A stretch of 64,000 nucleotides of DNA from an uncultured delta proteobacterium. Its GTDB lineage: Bacteria > Desulfobacterota > Desulfomonilia > Desulfomonilales > Desulfomonilaceae. How positions within the stretch are numbered: the stretch's first letter is position 1; each line of letters starts with the position of its first letter. Of this stretch, positions 19,907 to 30,420 are shown piece after piece. Where the stretch lies: assembly GCA_963789265.1 (NCBI GenBank), contig CAWBKB010000001.1:768001-832000 (forward strand). Reading direction: 5' to 3'. Under the pieces are notes generated by a model. That model was not told where the DNA came from and made no database searches. It saw only the letters and a list, made by a program, of their open reading frames with translations. The position numbers were made by a program, and so were the translations under genes.

Positions 19907-20674
19907 CTACATGTACAGCCCGCCATTGACCCGAATCACCTGACCTGTCACGTACTCGGACATACCGGAACAAAGGAACAGAACAGCGGCGGCGACGTCT
20001 TCCGGTTTTCCGCTCCTGCGAAGTGGGATGTGTGATCGAATAGCTTCCAACTGGGCCTCTGTCAGCTCATCGCTCATGCCGCCGGCGATAATTCCTGGTG
20101 AGACACAGTTGACGAGTATGTTTCTGGGGGCCAGTTCCCTTGCCAATGCCTTGGTAAATCCGATCAAACCGGCCTTAGATGCGGAATAGTTCACTTGTCC
20201 CGCGTTTCCGGCCTCGCCGGATGTCGACGCCACATTGACTATTCTGCCGGCCCTTTTTCTAATCATTATCTTGCTCACGGTCCGACACAAGCGAAACGCA
20301 CCGGACAGATTTGTCTCCAGGACTGCATCCCAGTCGGCGTCCTTCATCCTGCCGATCAAGCCGTCATTGGAGATTCCGGCGTTATTTACAAGAATATCTA
20401 TTCCGGAGCGCTCCTTGAGTAGATCCGCCACCCCTGCTTCCACTTCCGCAGCATCTCTGACGTCAAACCGGACAATCTTGCCGGTTCCTCCCTTCTCGTG
20501 GATCAAATCAAGGGTGAGACGAGCAGCTTCTTCATTGCTACTGTAGTTGACTGCAACGAACGCTCCGGCGTCCGCCAGTGAAAGACAAATCGCCCTTCCA
20601 ATTCCCCGAGATCCGCCGGTAACCAAGGCAGTTTTCTCATCCAGGCTTACCTTGCGGCTCGGCTCTGCGCTCAT
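19907..20674 (-). CDS. fabG: 3-oxoacyl-ACP reductase
   Basis: TGGSRGIG, NNAG, GNAGQVNYSASKAG. Confidence 0.96.
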   Translation of the reverse strand: MSAEPSRKVSLDEKTALVTGGSRGIGRAICLSLADAGAFVAVNYSSNEEAARLTLDLIHEKGGTGKIVRFDVRDAAEVEAGVADLLKERSGIDILVNNAGISNDGLIGRMKDADWDAVLETNLSGAFRLCRTVSKIMIRKRAGRIVNVASTSGEAGNAGQVNYSASKAGLIGFTKALARELAPRNILVNCVSPGIIAGGMSDELTEAQLEAIRSHIPLRRSGKPEDVAAAVLFLCSGMSEYVTGQVIRVNGGLYM

Positions 20675-21636
20675 GCCCAAACCTCTTGGAAAGATCGAAC
20701 CCCTGCCGGGTCGGAAATACTGACACTCGCGGCCTCTCTGTCGATTCGACGCAATAGACCTGCCAATACTTTCCCCGGTCCGATCTCCACAAAGGTTTCT
20801 GCACCGCTATCTCTCATGGTCCGGATGCAATCTTCCCATAGAACCGGCTGCACCACTTGTTCCTTCAAGAGTTGCTTTACCCCGTGATCCGAAGTCGGAT
20901 ATGTTCGGGCATTTACATTCGCTACAACCGGGAATGTCGGAATTCCGGCCGACAGATTTTCCAATCGAGCTTCCAGGGCCTTTTTTGCAGGCTGCATGAG
21001 ACTGGTGTGAAACGCCGATGAAACCGGCAGCATAACCGCCCTGGATCTTTTCACTTTTTTGGCTGCTTCCACTGCACGAGTCACGGCTTCGAGATGGCCT
21101 GAGATCACTATTTGATCCGGTGCGTTGAAATTAGCTGCCTCCAGCACCTTCTCACCCCTATGTGTTTCCACAAGCCGCAGCACTTCTTCTTTTGGAAGGC
21201 CCACCACGGCGGCCATACAGCAGGTCCCTGCCGGCTGCGCGCTATCCATTTGCTCGGCACGAACACGAATGAGATCAAGGGCCGTATCAAACGAAAGAAC
21301 TCCGGCCGCACAGAGGGCTGAATATTCACCTAATGAGTGGCCGGCGGCCATGATCGGATCAAGCTGAACGCAGCTTCGAAGAACCTCGAACAGGGCCATG
21401 GAATGGACAAAGACCGCCGGCTGAGTATGAACTGTCCGATTCAGGTCGTCTGCACGATCTCCCATCATGATGCGGCTCAGGGGGTAGCCCAGAATATCGT
21501 CCGCGCGCTGCAATAGTGCTCGCGCCTGGGGACTTTCTGCCACCAGGTCCGCAGCCATTCCAGGGAACTGAGACCCCTGGCCGGGGAACATCAACGCGAT
21601 CGAGCCCGGATTCTTTTCTGTTGCAGATGGCATCAT
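20671..21636 (-). CDS. fabD: Malonyl-CoA:ACP transacylase
   Basis: FPGQGSQ, GHSLGEY, SAFH, EIGPGKVL. Confidence 0.96.
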   Translation of the reverse strand: MMPSATEKNPGSIALMFPGQGSQFPGMAADLVAESPQARALLQRADDILGYPLSRIMMGDRADDLNRTVHTQPAVFVHSMALFEVLRSCVQLDPIMAAGHSLGEYSALCAAGVLSFDTALDLIRVRAEQMDSAQPAGTCCMAAVVGLPKEEVLRLVETHRGEKVLEAANFNAPDQIVISGHLEAVTRAVEAAKKVKRSRAVMLPVSSAFHTSLMQPAKKALEARLENLSAGIPTFPVVANVNARTYPTSDHGVKQLLKEQVVQPVLWEDCIRTMRDSGAETFVEIGPGKVLAGLLRRIDREAASVSISDPAGVRSFQEVWA

Positions 21637-21646
21637 GTTGCCGGAC

Positions 21647-21826
21647 TTACGCCTCGGTCTCGATCACGGATCTGCCCTTGTAAAATCCGCAACCAGGGCA
21701 CACCCTATGAGGCATCATAAATTGAGAGCAGTGGGGACACTTGACAAGGTTCACCGGGGTCAGTTTCTTGTGAGTTCGGCGTTTGTCCCGCCTCGTGCGG
21801 GACACCCGTTTTTTCGGCACAGGCAT
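21647..21826 (-). CDS. rpmF: 50S ribosomal protein L32 (Zn-binding form); missing from the ORF track (59 aa)
   Basis: Hand translation MPVPKKRVSRTRRDKRRTHKKLTPVNLVKCPHCSQFMMPHRVCPGCGFYKGRSVIETEA*. Confidence 0.96.
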   Translation of the reverse strand: MPVPKKRVSRTRRDKRRTHKKLTPVNLVKCPHCSQFMMPHRVCPGCGFYKGRSVIETEA

Positions 21827-21982
21827 AGCTCATCCTCTTCCATTCTATCTGTATCAGTTCAGGCGCCGCCTAAACCTGCTTCAGCATTGCAGGCGCTTTG
21901 CAGATCTCGGCCGTTCGCCTGAATTCCGACCGGCCGCGGCAATCGCATCTTATCAAAGATTTGTCCGCGGCCTGCGGAGGAT

Positions 21983-22528
21983 TCATTTTGCAATCCGGTC
22001 CTTTATCCGGGCCAGCGTTTTCCACCTTAGGTCCTCGGGACCGGCATCGGAACAGGTACACTCCTTGGATCCTTTCAACGCGCCGCAGCTTGGACAAAGG
22101 CCCGGGCAATCTTTGCGGCACAAGGGCTTCATGGGAAGATTGAGAAGGACTTCCTGAACAATGAGTTCACCAGGATCCATTTCGGATTCCTTGCTCAGCA
22201 CAGCATCGGCTTCCGGCTGTTCGCGTTCCTCTCCAACGCCAGGCCCGGTCCCGCCGCGACGAATGACCAAGTTGATCTCCGTATCGTTGTCCACGGCAAA
22301 ATCGGTAAGACACCGGGAGCATTGGAGATGCACAAGTGCGCTGACTCTCCCGACAAAAAAAATGTCATCTCCGCTGACCGAGATACGGACATGACCCTTT
22401 ATATGCGGATCTACAGATATCCCTACGGATTTGGGGATAGTTTCCAGGGCCGGGGACAGTATGTCCTGCTCCCCAGAAAAATTCAATTCCAAACCTTCTT
22501 CAGGGATATCTTCGATTCGAATTTTCAT
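21983..22528 (-). CDS. yceD: YceD/DUF177 protein
   Basis: CSRCL, LPMKPLCRKDCPGLCPSCG, DLRW; upstream of rpmF. Confidence 0.93.
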   Translation of the reverse strand: MKIRIEDIPEEGLELNFSGEQDILSPALETIPKSVGISVDPHIKGHVRISVSGDDIFFVGRVSALVHLQCSRCLTDFAVDNDTEINLVIRRGGTGPGVGEEREQPEADAVLSKESEMDPGELIVQEVLLNLPMKPLCRKDCPGLCPSCGALKGSKECTCSDAGPEDLRWKTLARIKDRIAK

Positions 22529-22829
22529 TGCTTGGGGGCTTCTCCGTTGCCCAAGAGTAAACTAAAAGAATATAGCTGCTTATAAATTGAAGTCAAGCAA
22601 AAGCTGTGCGTGCGCATAAGCCCCTGGGTACGTTAGGGATTCTTAAATCCCGCGGCACAAGCAATTCAGTGCCCCAAGTCGGCCCGCGCGCTTGACAGTG
22701 GACGCCATAGTTTAAAGTAATTTATGTGATATATGACAAACAGATTGATATTAATTGGAAATAGCTTGAGTTTTTCCTGCGGAGACGATATAATACTTTC
22801 AACGGACTTTATTATTGGAGGTCTGGCAC

Positions 22830-23108
22830 ATGACCAAGAAGAGTCTTATATGTTTGACCGCCTCACTGTTCTTGATTCTTAGCCTGGCCCCTGACGCCTT
22901 CTGTGGTTTTCTCTATGCGTACGCTCCTATGAATGCAGTCACTGCGCAGCCGGACACCCCTTATAACCTAGATGCCATACCCGAATGCTCAAGGGTTTAC
23001 TATGTCCCCTGTCCCACTTGGGGCCCCTTCGCTGAATATCTCCCAGACGTTCCTCCGGTCCGGCAGCCCTTTCCGGGGCCTTTCGGAATTTGTGTCCCTG
23101 TGCCGTAG
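22830..23108 (+). CDS. Small exported Pro/Cys-rich protein
   Basis: GGAGG RBS, Sec signal (AFC), Pro-rich mature part. Confidence 0.6.
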   Translation: MTKKSLICLTASLFLILSLAPDAFCGFLYAYAPMNAVTAQPDTPYNLDAIPECSRVYYVPCPTWGPFAEYLPDVPPVRQPFPGPFGICVPVP

Positions 23109-23141
23109 GCCGGCCAAAACGTACAAAGATTTCGACTATTG

Positions 23142-24278
23142 TTATGAAGGTTCGGGGGCGGATCGCATTCCGCAAGGATGATCCTCCGCTACGTCATGGT
23201 CCTCCAGCCATTTCAGTATGTGCGGAAAGACTTCGTGGTCCGACCTGATACCGACAAGCAGGTCCGTGTGGCCATAATCTTCCACGCACCCTGTCTTTTT
23301 TCCGAATATCCTGCAATTTCGCTCCCCCGATTGCTCTCCCGTTTGACAAGCAGCTATGACAGACTCTTCCGGAGCCATCATGTCTGCTGTGCCCGCAACA
23401 AAAAAGATGGGGATCTTGGACCCCGTTAATTCTTCAAGGTACGGCTTGCCGTTCTCCGGGGCAAACCGACCGTTGGCCAAGAAGCTGCCGAAATTGAGCC
23501 ACATGCTGTTGGAAGCGACGAGTTCCGATGCCAATGCCATCACCTTCCGTGCTACTATCGGTTCGATGTTCGATGAATAGTATGGACCGCCCAAGTACGG
23601 CGACATCTTGTGGGCGACCGGTAGAACCAGCCGGGCCAGCAAAGGAAGAGGAAACACCGGCAAATATTGGAGCAGGCCACGCACGTTCAGCAAAGCGCCG
23701 AATGCTCGGTTATCTATTTTTGTGAAATCCGCGGGTGATCCGATCGCAATGGCGGAAGCCACACCGGGATTCTCATGCTGGGCCAAATGTGCCAAACCTA
23801 GCATGCCTCCCATGCTATGACCCACCCAATGGACTTGTGTGAATCCAGTCAGAGCGAGCACGCGCGATATAATCGCGGGCAAGTCGCAACGAAGATGGTC
23901 TTCAAATGCCCAGGAGTAGGGCACATCAGCGCGAAACATGCCAGGACGATCGCTCAGGCCTGAGCCGCGCAGTTCCGCAACCCAAACGTCTCTTCCGTGA
24001 TCTCTGAAAAATCTTGCCAGGCTTGGAGCGCCGGGAAGATCAAACGCGTAACGGTTGCTGCTCAATCCATGGCAGAGGATCACAGGCGCGCCCCTTGCAT
24101 CACCCTGGGGTCGGTAGCGATGCAGCGCGAGACGCCATCCGTCGTCTGTTGGTACGTAGAAAGTCTCGTCCTGGCCTGTGGGAGCTGAGTAGAACGCTTT
24201 CCAAAAGTATCCGCAGACGATCACGAACGCGACGGCTAAGATAAGGGAGTAAACAATCGTGAGAAAGGACTCGAGCAA
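23142..24278 (-). CDS. Membrane-anchored alpha/beta hydrolase
   Basis: CHGLSS, GHSMGG nucleophile elbow, DYGHTDL; GGAGG before TTG at 24278. Confidence 0.88.
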   Translation of the reverse strand: MLESFLTIVYSLILAVAFVIVCGYFWKAFYSAPTGQDETFYVPTDDGWRLALHRYRPQGDARGAPVILCHGLSSNRYAFDLPGAPSLARFFRDHGRDVWVAELRGSGLSDRPGMFRADVPYSWAFEDHLRCDLPAIISRVLALTGFTQVHWVGHSMGGMLGLAHLAQHENPGVASAIAIGSPADFTKIDNRAFGALLNVRGLLQYLPVFPLPLLARLVLPVAHKMSPYLGGPYYSSNIEPIVARKVMALASELVASNSMWLNFGSFLANGRFAPENGKPYLEELTGSKIPIFFVAGTADMMAPEESVIAACQTGEQSGERNCRIFGKKTGCVEDYGHTDLLVGIRSDHEVFPHILKWLEDHDVAEDHPCGMRSAPEPS

Positions 24279-24289
24279 GGAGCCTCCAG

Positions 24290-24733
24290 CTAAAGCAACC
24301 TTGCAAGCCACGCGATTATCAACGCAGCCACAACGAACCAAGTTATGTAGTGCCCGTGCTCTTCCATGATCCGAAGCAAAGGGGCGGCGCTTCCGACGTT
24401 GAAGTACGCGAGAACCCGGTAAGGAATCTGAAGGAAACAAAGGACGAACAACATTGGCCCACAGTGATTAAACTGCCAAGCGGCAGGGATCTCTCCGCGC
24501 GCCATGGCCGCGAAGCTACGAGTGAGACCGCAGCCCGGGCATGAAATGCCGAGAAGCGAGCGACTCCAGCACATATTGGGCAGGGTCAGCCGCGTGCCCG
24601 ATAGAGGCACCGTCAGATAGAGGCACGAGTCGCCCTTAGGGTGCAGGAGGCAAGAGCCGATGAGGGCAATCAGACCCAATGCCAGGATCCAGAGGTGTTC
24701 AATCCTTGGCATGCTTACTTCGTTGCCGGGCAT
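24290..24733 (-). CDS. DUF2752-family membrane protein
   Basis: GISCPGCGLTRS..AWQFN motif. Confidence 0.85.
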   Translation of the reverse strand: MPGNEVSMPRIEHLWILALGLIALIGSCLLHPKGDSCLYLTVPLSGTRLTLPNMCWSRSLLGISCPGCGLTRSFAAMARGEIPAAWQFNHCGPMLFVLCFLQIPYRVLAYFNVGSAAPLLRIMEEHGHYITWFVVAALIIAWLARLL

Positions 24734-24960
24734 GGCCTCAACATAGAGCTCCGGGTTGGTTTGTCAAGTGCCGACACGGGCGCCACTGATGAAGAGTGCG
24801 CCCATTTGCCACGAATCGGAGAAAGAAAAGGCTGCGTCTAACCTGTCTTGGGGAGGGATATTTTATTATAATTCTTGACAATATTCCCATCCTCTGCTAA
24901 TTCCTCCCAAAACAGTGAGTCCTGCATATGCGTGGCGACTCAATTCAAGGGAGAATGTGT

Positions 24961-26031
24961 ATGGGATCCTTATTCAGGGGCCGGTTCCATCCAATCGCGA
25001 TGGTGGGCGTCACCCTGATACTCTATCTTTGTTCCACATGTTCACTTTATGCAGATGACTGCAAAAGGGTGTCCAACATCCTGGTACTTTTCGATGCTTC
25101 GGGATATATGAAGGAGAAGGACCGGTACGAATCACTTTTGAGGCAGATGAGCTTCTTCGAAAAGGCCATGCCCGTAACTGCCGACGGCTTCTTCAATGTT
25201 GGACTGCGGGACTACGGACTGAAAGTTGGGATGGGATGCGAGAACACTGAGAGTATCCTGGCCATTCAGCCCTGGGATCCCGAGAAATTCTTGAACGCCT
25301 TCCCAAAATCGGTTTCTTACGGGGTAAGCTCCCTTTCCGCGGGTTTGAGGGCGGCGGCCGACGACGTGGCCTCGGCTAAGGGCAAGAGCATTATATTGCT
25401 CATTGGAGGAGGAATCGAGTCGTGCAAAGCCGATCCGGTGACGACAGCCGAGCAAATAAGTAGAAACAATCCTGACCTTGAGATCCACACATTTCAGATT
25501 GGAAGTACCCCGGACGGCAGCTATTTCCTCAAAGCCATAGCCGAGAAGGGTAGGGGCACGTACAACAGGGCCAATGCCACTGATAGTCCGGCAGCTTGGT
25601 ATGCGTGGATGAAAAGAAACCTGGTCACCGCCTGCGCCTCTTCTGTCGTTCCCCCCGGCGGAGGCAAGGCGTCTGCCACCATCCCCCCTATAACATTTGA
25701 TTACAACAGTTTCTCGGTGAGATCTTCCGATCCCTCGGTTGATGCCTCAAATCAGGCGGCGCTTCAAGCAGTCCAACAAGCCCTCGCAGCAAATCCAAAC
25801 GCTCGCGTGGTTCTTCACGGATTTGCGGACAGCAAGGGGAACCCGGCTTACAATCTGAAACTCTCGCGTAAGAGAGCTAAAGCCGTTGCCGACTATCTAG
25901 TGAAAACGTACGGAATCCCTACCTTCCAAATAGGTGTTGTTGCGCATGGCTCAACTCAGGCACAGCCAGGGGGTGCGTCAGGGGCACCGGAAAGATACGG
26001 GCGCCGAGTAGAAATTGAGATCACACAGTAG
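24961..26031 (+). CDS. Exported vWA + OmpA-like peptidoglycan-binding protein
   Basis: LFDASG, ESCKADP, IHTFQIG; HGFADSKG..YNLKLSRKRA..RRVEI. Confidence 0.85.
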   Translation: MGSLFRGRFHPIAMVGVTLILYLCSTCSLYADDCKRVSNILVLFDASGYMKEKDRYESLLRQMSFFEKAMPVTADGFFNVGLRDYGLKVGMGCENTESILAIQPWDPEKFLNAFPKSVSYGVSSLSAGLRAAADDVASAKGKSIILLIGGGIESCKADPVTTAEQISRNNPDLEIHTFQIGSTPDGSYFLKAIAEKGRGTYNRANATDSPAAWYAWMKRNLVTACASSVVPPGGGKASATIPPITFDYNSFSVRSSDPSVDASNQAALQAVQQALAANPNARVVLHGFADSKGNPAYNLKLSRKRAKAVADYLVKTYGIPTFQIGVVAHGSTQAQPGGASGAPERYGRRVEIEITQ

Positions 26032-26193
26032 CCTCCAAGCCTCAGCCAAACCCGGGAGTGCCACAGCGATGCCCTACAGGGATGAGTTGGTACGCGGAAG
26101 TGCAGTGCAAAACGACTTGGATCTCCATTTCTTGACGGCGGTGCCACTTGCGCTACCGCGTAAGTGAATAACTATCCGTTCGGGACGTTTGCC

Positions 26194-26290
26194 CTTGAGC
26201 CCCATCGGGCGATTGAAAGTACACCGGTGCTTCATGGCCGGGCTGTCATGCCGTGGCACAATGCCGGACATCAAAATAGGTTTGATACGG
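26194..26290. repeat. Degenerate partial copy of the 30.4-kb MITE
   Basis: cttgagcccca..gggcgattga.agt..ccgg..gccgggctg..catcaaaatag.tttga aligns with 30531-30628. Confidence 0.7.
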
Positions 26291-26357
26291 CGTCTCGCCT
26301 GCCTACCGCCGGAATGTCTTTCTGAATCACTTTTTTGTCTGTAATATAGATTCCACT

Positions 26358-26918
26358 ATGCAATTTCTTTTGAGAGCAGATTCTTCTCCGGGATACTGTT
26401 TTGCGCTCCTTGGCCGGTGGCTCGTCTTAGGGGCTCTGGTTTTACTTCCGTCACTATCCCACGCCAGTGGCCAACGGGCAATAACCGCGGATGAATTGTT
26501 AAAGACAGGCCAGTTACTTATAGAGAAAACGAACTACCTCGAGGCGCTCGACCTTCTTGACGAAGCCAGGGACCTGCTGAGCGCTTCGGGAAAGGATCAG
26601 ACGGCGCTGTACGCGGATGTCTTGTATAGTCTGGCTCAAGCCAAGATCAAAGCACGACTTCATCAGGACTTCCCTGCATATTATGTAAAAACCGCACTCC
26701 GAGAAATTCAAGCGGCCAACAAATTGCGAGACAGACTTGGCGACGTGCTTCCCCAGAAGTTAGCTGAGGGTTATTATCTTGAAGGATACATACAAAAGAA
26801 GTTCTTTATGCGTAAGAATGCGGCGAGGTTGTGCTTCAAAAAAGCAACGGCTATTGACCCCGGATCTGCCTCGGCTAAAAGGGAATTGTACGAACTCGAC
26901 TCCGAAGACCGAAAATAG
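26358..26918 (+). CDS. Exported TPR-like helical protein
   Basis: Signal peptide; TPR-like helices (FKKATAIDPG). Confidence 0.7.
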   Translation: MQFLLRADSSPGYCFALLGRWLVLGALVLLPSLSHASGQRAITADELLKTGQLLIEKTNYLEALDLLDEARDLLSASGKDQTALYADVLYSLAQAKIKARLHQDFPAYYVKTALREIQAANKLRDRLGDVLPQKLAEGYYLEGYIQKKFFMRKNAARLCFKKATAIDPGSASAKRELYELDSEDRK

Positions 26919-26995
26919 CCTCGAAAAGACGGAGTATCCGGGATACAAGACACTCAACCGCCCGCGTGATTCAACCCACCAAGAGATGAGTTATC

Positions 26996-27241
26996 ATGAT
27001 GAAGAAAGCCAGGGAACAAGAAGAAGGAGCCGAACATTTTGATCAGCAGTTGGAGAAGCTCAGGTCCATTGTTGACAGGATGGAACACGGCGGTTTGAGC
27101 TTGGAAGAAAGCCTGAAACTGTTTGAGGAGGGGATCGGTTTATCCCGTAGCCTGTTTGATATACTGAACCGTGCCGAAGGAAAGGTTGAAGAGTTGTTGG
27201 CGACGATGGAACGAATCCCTTTTACTCGCGGGGAAGAATAG
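26996..27241 (+). CDS. xseB: Exodeoxyribonuclease VII small subunit
   Basis: FDQQLEKLRSIV..LSLEESLKLFEEG; xseB-ispA-dxs synteny. Confidence 0.92.
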   Translation: MMKKAREQEEGAEHFDQQLEKLRSIVDRMEHGGLSLEESLKLFEEGIGLSRSLFDILNRAEGKVEELLATMERIPFTRGEE

Positions 27242-27243
27242 TC

Positions 27244-28144
27244 GTGAAAGTCGTGAACCTTGAGGATTGGCTGTCCGCCAAGCGGCAATTGGTCGATAAG
27301 GCCCTTGACGACATGCTGCCGAAAGAGGATAATACGCCGGCTATATTACACCGGGCTATGAGGTACAGCGTTTTTGCCGGCGGAAAGAGGGTGCGCCCTA
27401 TATTGGCCATAGCGGCCGCCGACGTGGTCAACGAGGGTCCTCCAGGGGTATCTTCCGCTGGCGGCAGCTCTCGAGTGTATCCACACGTATTCCCTGATTC
27501 ACGATGACCTGCCGGCGATGGACGATGACGACTTGCGACGTGGGAAGCCTGCGGCACACAAAGTTTTTGGAGAGGCTGTGGCGATCTTAGCCGGGGACGC
27601 ACTTCTCACGTGTGCCTTTGGGCTGCTAACTTCGCCGGAAGTAATGCGTGTTTATGTGCCTCAAAAACTGATGGGTGTGATTGGCGAACTAGCTTACGCG
27701 GCGGGGTCAACCAATCTGATAGCCGGTCAGGTAATGGATATAACCAGCGAGGGCAAGCTTGCGGACGCGGAAACGGCAAACTTCATTGTACGGTGCAAAA
27801 CCGGGGCCCTGATTCGGGCCTCCTTGACCGGCGGAGCACGGCTGGTCGGGGGTAGCCGGGAGCAAATCGAGATTCTCGGACAATTTGGCGAGAAGTTAGG
27901 GGCTGTGTTTCAAATTAAGGATGACCTGCTTGATCTCGAAGGAGATCCCGCCAAACTGGGGAAAGCTGTCAAGAAAGACCGAGGCCGCGGAAAGGTTACG
28001 TACCCCGTGGTCTTGGGGATTGAAAAAACAAGGGAAATGATGCAGTCGATTTTAGATTCCGCACTGGCCGCGCTCCAGCCTCTAGGCCACAAAGCGGGTC
28101 ATCTTGCACTGATTGCAAAGTATATCGGCGAGCGCATGAGCTAG
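27244..28144 (+). CDS. ispA: Farnesyl diphosphate synthase (+1 frameshift near 27445)
   Basis: GGKRVRP; corrected ECIHTYSLIHDDLPAMDDDDLRRGKP; FQIKDDLLD. Confidence 0.93.
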
Positions 28145-28158
28145 CTTTTGGTCAATGT

Positions 28159-30099
28159 ATGGAAGCACCAATAATTACTAGTGAAAATTCAATCCTTGCT
28201 CGGATAAACTCGCCGGATGACGTCAAAGCTCTCTCTGCGGAGAGCTTGAAAGTGTTGTCCGTCGAGGTTCGTGAACTCATTATCCGAACAGTCTCTCAAC
28301 GGGGAGGACATTTGGCCTCCAGCCTGGGAGTCGTCGAACTTACCCTCGCGATACTCAAAGTCTTTTCTCCGCCAAAAGACCGGATAGTATTCGATGTCGG
28401 CCACCAAGCTTACGCATACAAGATCCTCACCGGACGCCGTGACGCCTTTCATACCCTGCGAACCAGAGGCGGCATCTCGGGTTTCCCCAGAAGGGATGAG
28501 AGCGACTACGATTTTTTCGACGTAGGGCATGCCGGGAACGCCATCAGCGTTGCCGCAGGGCTGGCCCAGGCGCGCTGCTTCAGCGGACATGAACACAAGG
28601 TAATCGCTGTGGTCGGCGACGGATCTTTGACCTGCGGCGTCTCGTATGAGGGCTTAAATCAGGCAGGGGCTGCCAAGAAAGACCTGATCATAGTCCTAAA
28701 CGACAATGAAATGTCCATCTCTCACAATGTCGGGGCGATGGCCGCATATCTGAACCGTATCATGACCGGCCAAATTGTGACTCGTTTTCGGGACGAGGTT
28801 AAGAATATCCTGAAGAATATCCCTGGGGTTGGGCCGTCCATGTATTCCGTTGCCAAGCAGTTCGAAGATGCGCTGAAGAATTTCATCACACCCGGGCGAC
28901 TTTTCGAGGAACTCGGCTTCATGTACGTGGGCCCCATCGATGGGCACCAAATAAAGCATCTGACAGACACATTTGCGAATGTGCAACGATTTCATGAGCC
29001 TGTGCTAATTCACACGATCACTTGCAAGGGGAAGGGATATTGCCACGCAGAGGAGGATCCGAGCAGATTCCACGGCGTGGGACCATTTGAAATCCGAACG
29101 GGTAGGGTGGCTGAATCCGAAGGTCCCCCGACTTATACATCCGTTTTCGGCAAGACAATGGTAAAGTTGGCGGCCAAGGACCCCAGGATCGTAGCCGTAA
29201 CAGCGGCCATGGAATACGGGACGGGCCTGGCTGAATTCGCCCGCCTCTACCCGAAGCGTTTCTTCGACGTGGGAATAGCCGAGCAACATGGGATCGTTTT
29301 CGCAGCGGGCCTGGCGAAAGAAGGTTACCGTCCGGTGGTAGCCATATATTCCACTTTCATTCAGAGGGGCTACGATCACCTCATACACGACTTGTGCATG
29401 CAGAAGTTTCCGGTGGTTCTCGCCTTGGATCGCGCCGGGTTGGTAGGTGAGGATGGCCCCACGCATCATGGGGTGTTCGACATGGCCTTTACGCGATGCA
29501 TCCCAAATCTAGTGGTCATGGCGCCGGGAGACGAGGACGAGCTTGCCGACATGCTTGCCACCGCTCTGGATTCGGGCGTTCCCTGCGCGATTCGTTACCC
29601 CCGTGCCAACGGGCTGGGAGTCGCACTGAAAAAGGATCCGGTCATCCTGCCTATTGGTAGAGCCCGGATGGTCTCCGAGGGCGAGGACGTCCTGATTATT
29701 TCCGTAGGCTCTATGGTGGGAGAGGCCATTGAAGCGTCCCGCATCCTCAAAGGGGAAGGTATCGCCGCGGGCGTCTTGAACCCTCGCTTTCTTAAGCCCC
29801 TCGATGAGGACATGATTACCTCGAAAGCCGCCTCTGTCGGGAAGGTCCTGATAGTGGAGGAGGGGGTCCTGCAAGGTGGATTTGGCAGTGCCGTGTTAGA
29901 GCTGTTTTCAGATCAGAGGCTAGCAAATGTGAAGACCGCCCGGTTGGGCATCGCCGATAGATTTGTAGAGCATGGAACAAGATCGGAACTATTGGCGGAT
30001 TTTGGTTTAACAGCAGAAGGCATTGCGGATCGTGCTCGCTCAATTCTCAACGGTCGACTGCAAGCAAACGTGAGACGCATTTCATACAATAGACAATAG
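28159..30099 (+). CDS. dxs: 1-deoxy-D-xylulose-5-phosphate synthase
   Basis: GGHLASSLG, DVGHQ, GDGS..NDN, GIAEQH, GEDGPTHHG. Confidence 0.98.
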   Translation: MEAPIITSENSILARINSPDDVKALSAESLKVLSVEVRELIIRTVSQRGGHLASSLGVVELTLAILKVFSPPKDRIVFDVGHQAYAYKILTGRRDAFHTLRTRGGISGFPRRDESDYDFFDVGHAGNAISVAAGLAQARCFSGHEHKVIAVVGDGSLTCGVSYEGLNQAGAAKKDLIIVLNDNEMSISHNVGAMAAYLNRIMTGQIVTRFRDEVKNILKNIPGVGPSMYSVAKQFEDALKNFITPGRLFEELGFMYVGPIDGHQIKHLTDTFANVQRFHEPVLIHTITCKGKGYCHAEEDPSRFHGVGPFEIRTGRVAESEGPPTYTSVFGKTMVKLAAKDPRIVAVTAAMEYGTGLAEFARLYPKRFFDVGIAEQHGIVFAAGLAKEGYRPVVAIYSTFIQRGYDHLIHDLCMQKFPVVLALDRAGLVGEDGPTHHGVFDMAFTRCIPNLVVMAPGDEDELADMLATALDSGVPCAIRYPRANGLGVALKKDPVILPIGRARMVSEGEDVLIISVGSMVGEAIEASRILKGEGIAAGVLNPRFLKPLDEDMITSKAASVGKVLIVEEGVLQGGFGSAVLELFSDQRLANVKTARLGIADRFVEHGTRSELLADFGLTAEGIADRARSILNGRLQANVRRISYNRQ

Positions 30100-30110
30100 C
30101 ATTCGCGCAA

Positions 30111-30338
30111 CTACCGGTTCCCGACGACCGATCGCAACCTATCCTTCAGATCCAGAAAAGAATCCATCATCAAGTTATGAATCAATACCAGCCTATTATG
30201 CCTGGACCCTGCTTTTCTAAGCATTTCGTCAATTTCGTGCTGAAGCGGCCTGAGTTCAGGGTGCTTGTTCAGGAAACTATCCCTTCGCTTGAGAGCTTTT
30301 GCAGACCGGCTTGACTCAATTCTTATCACTTTGCCCAT
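30111..30338 (-). CDS. Small helical hypothetical protein (DUF3135-like)
   Basis: 75 aa, PELRPLQHEIDEMLRKAG..NRL; RBS present. Confidence 0.55.
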   Translation of the reverse strand: MGKVIRIESSRSAKALKRRDSFLNKHPELRPLQHEIDEMLRKAGSRHNRLVLIHNLMMDSFLDLKDRLRSVVGNR

Positions 30339-30420
30339 ACTGCACCACCCCATGTATCAATTAGCTTACATTAGTATATAGCCTCCCATGACCTCGGTCC
30401 AGAATCGGTGGGACAGACTG

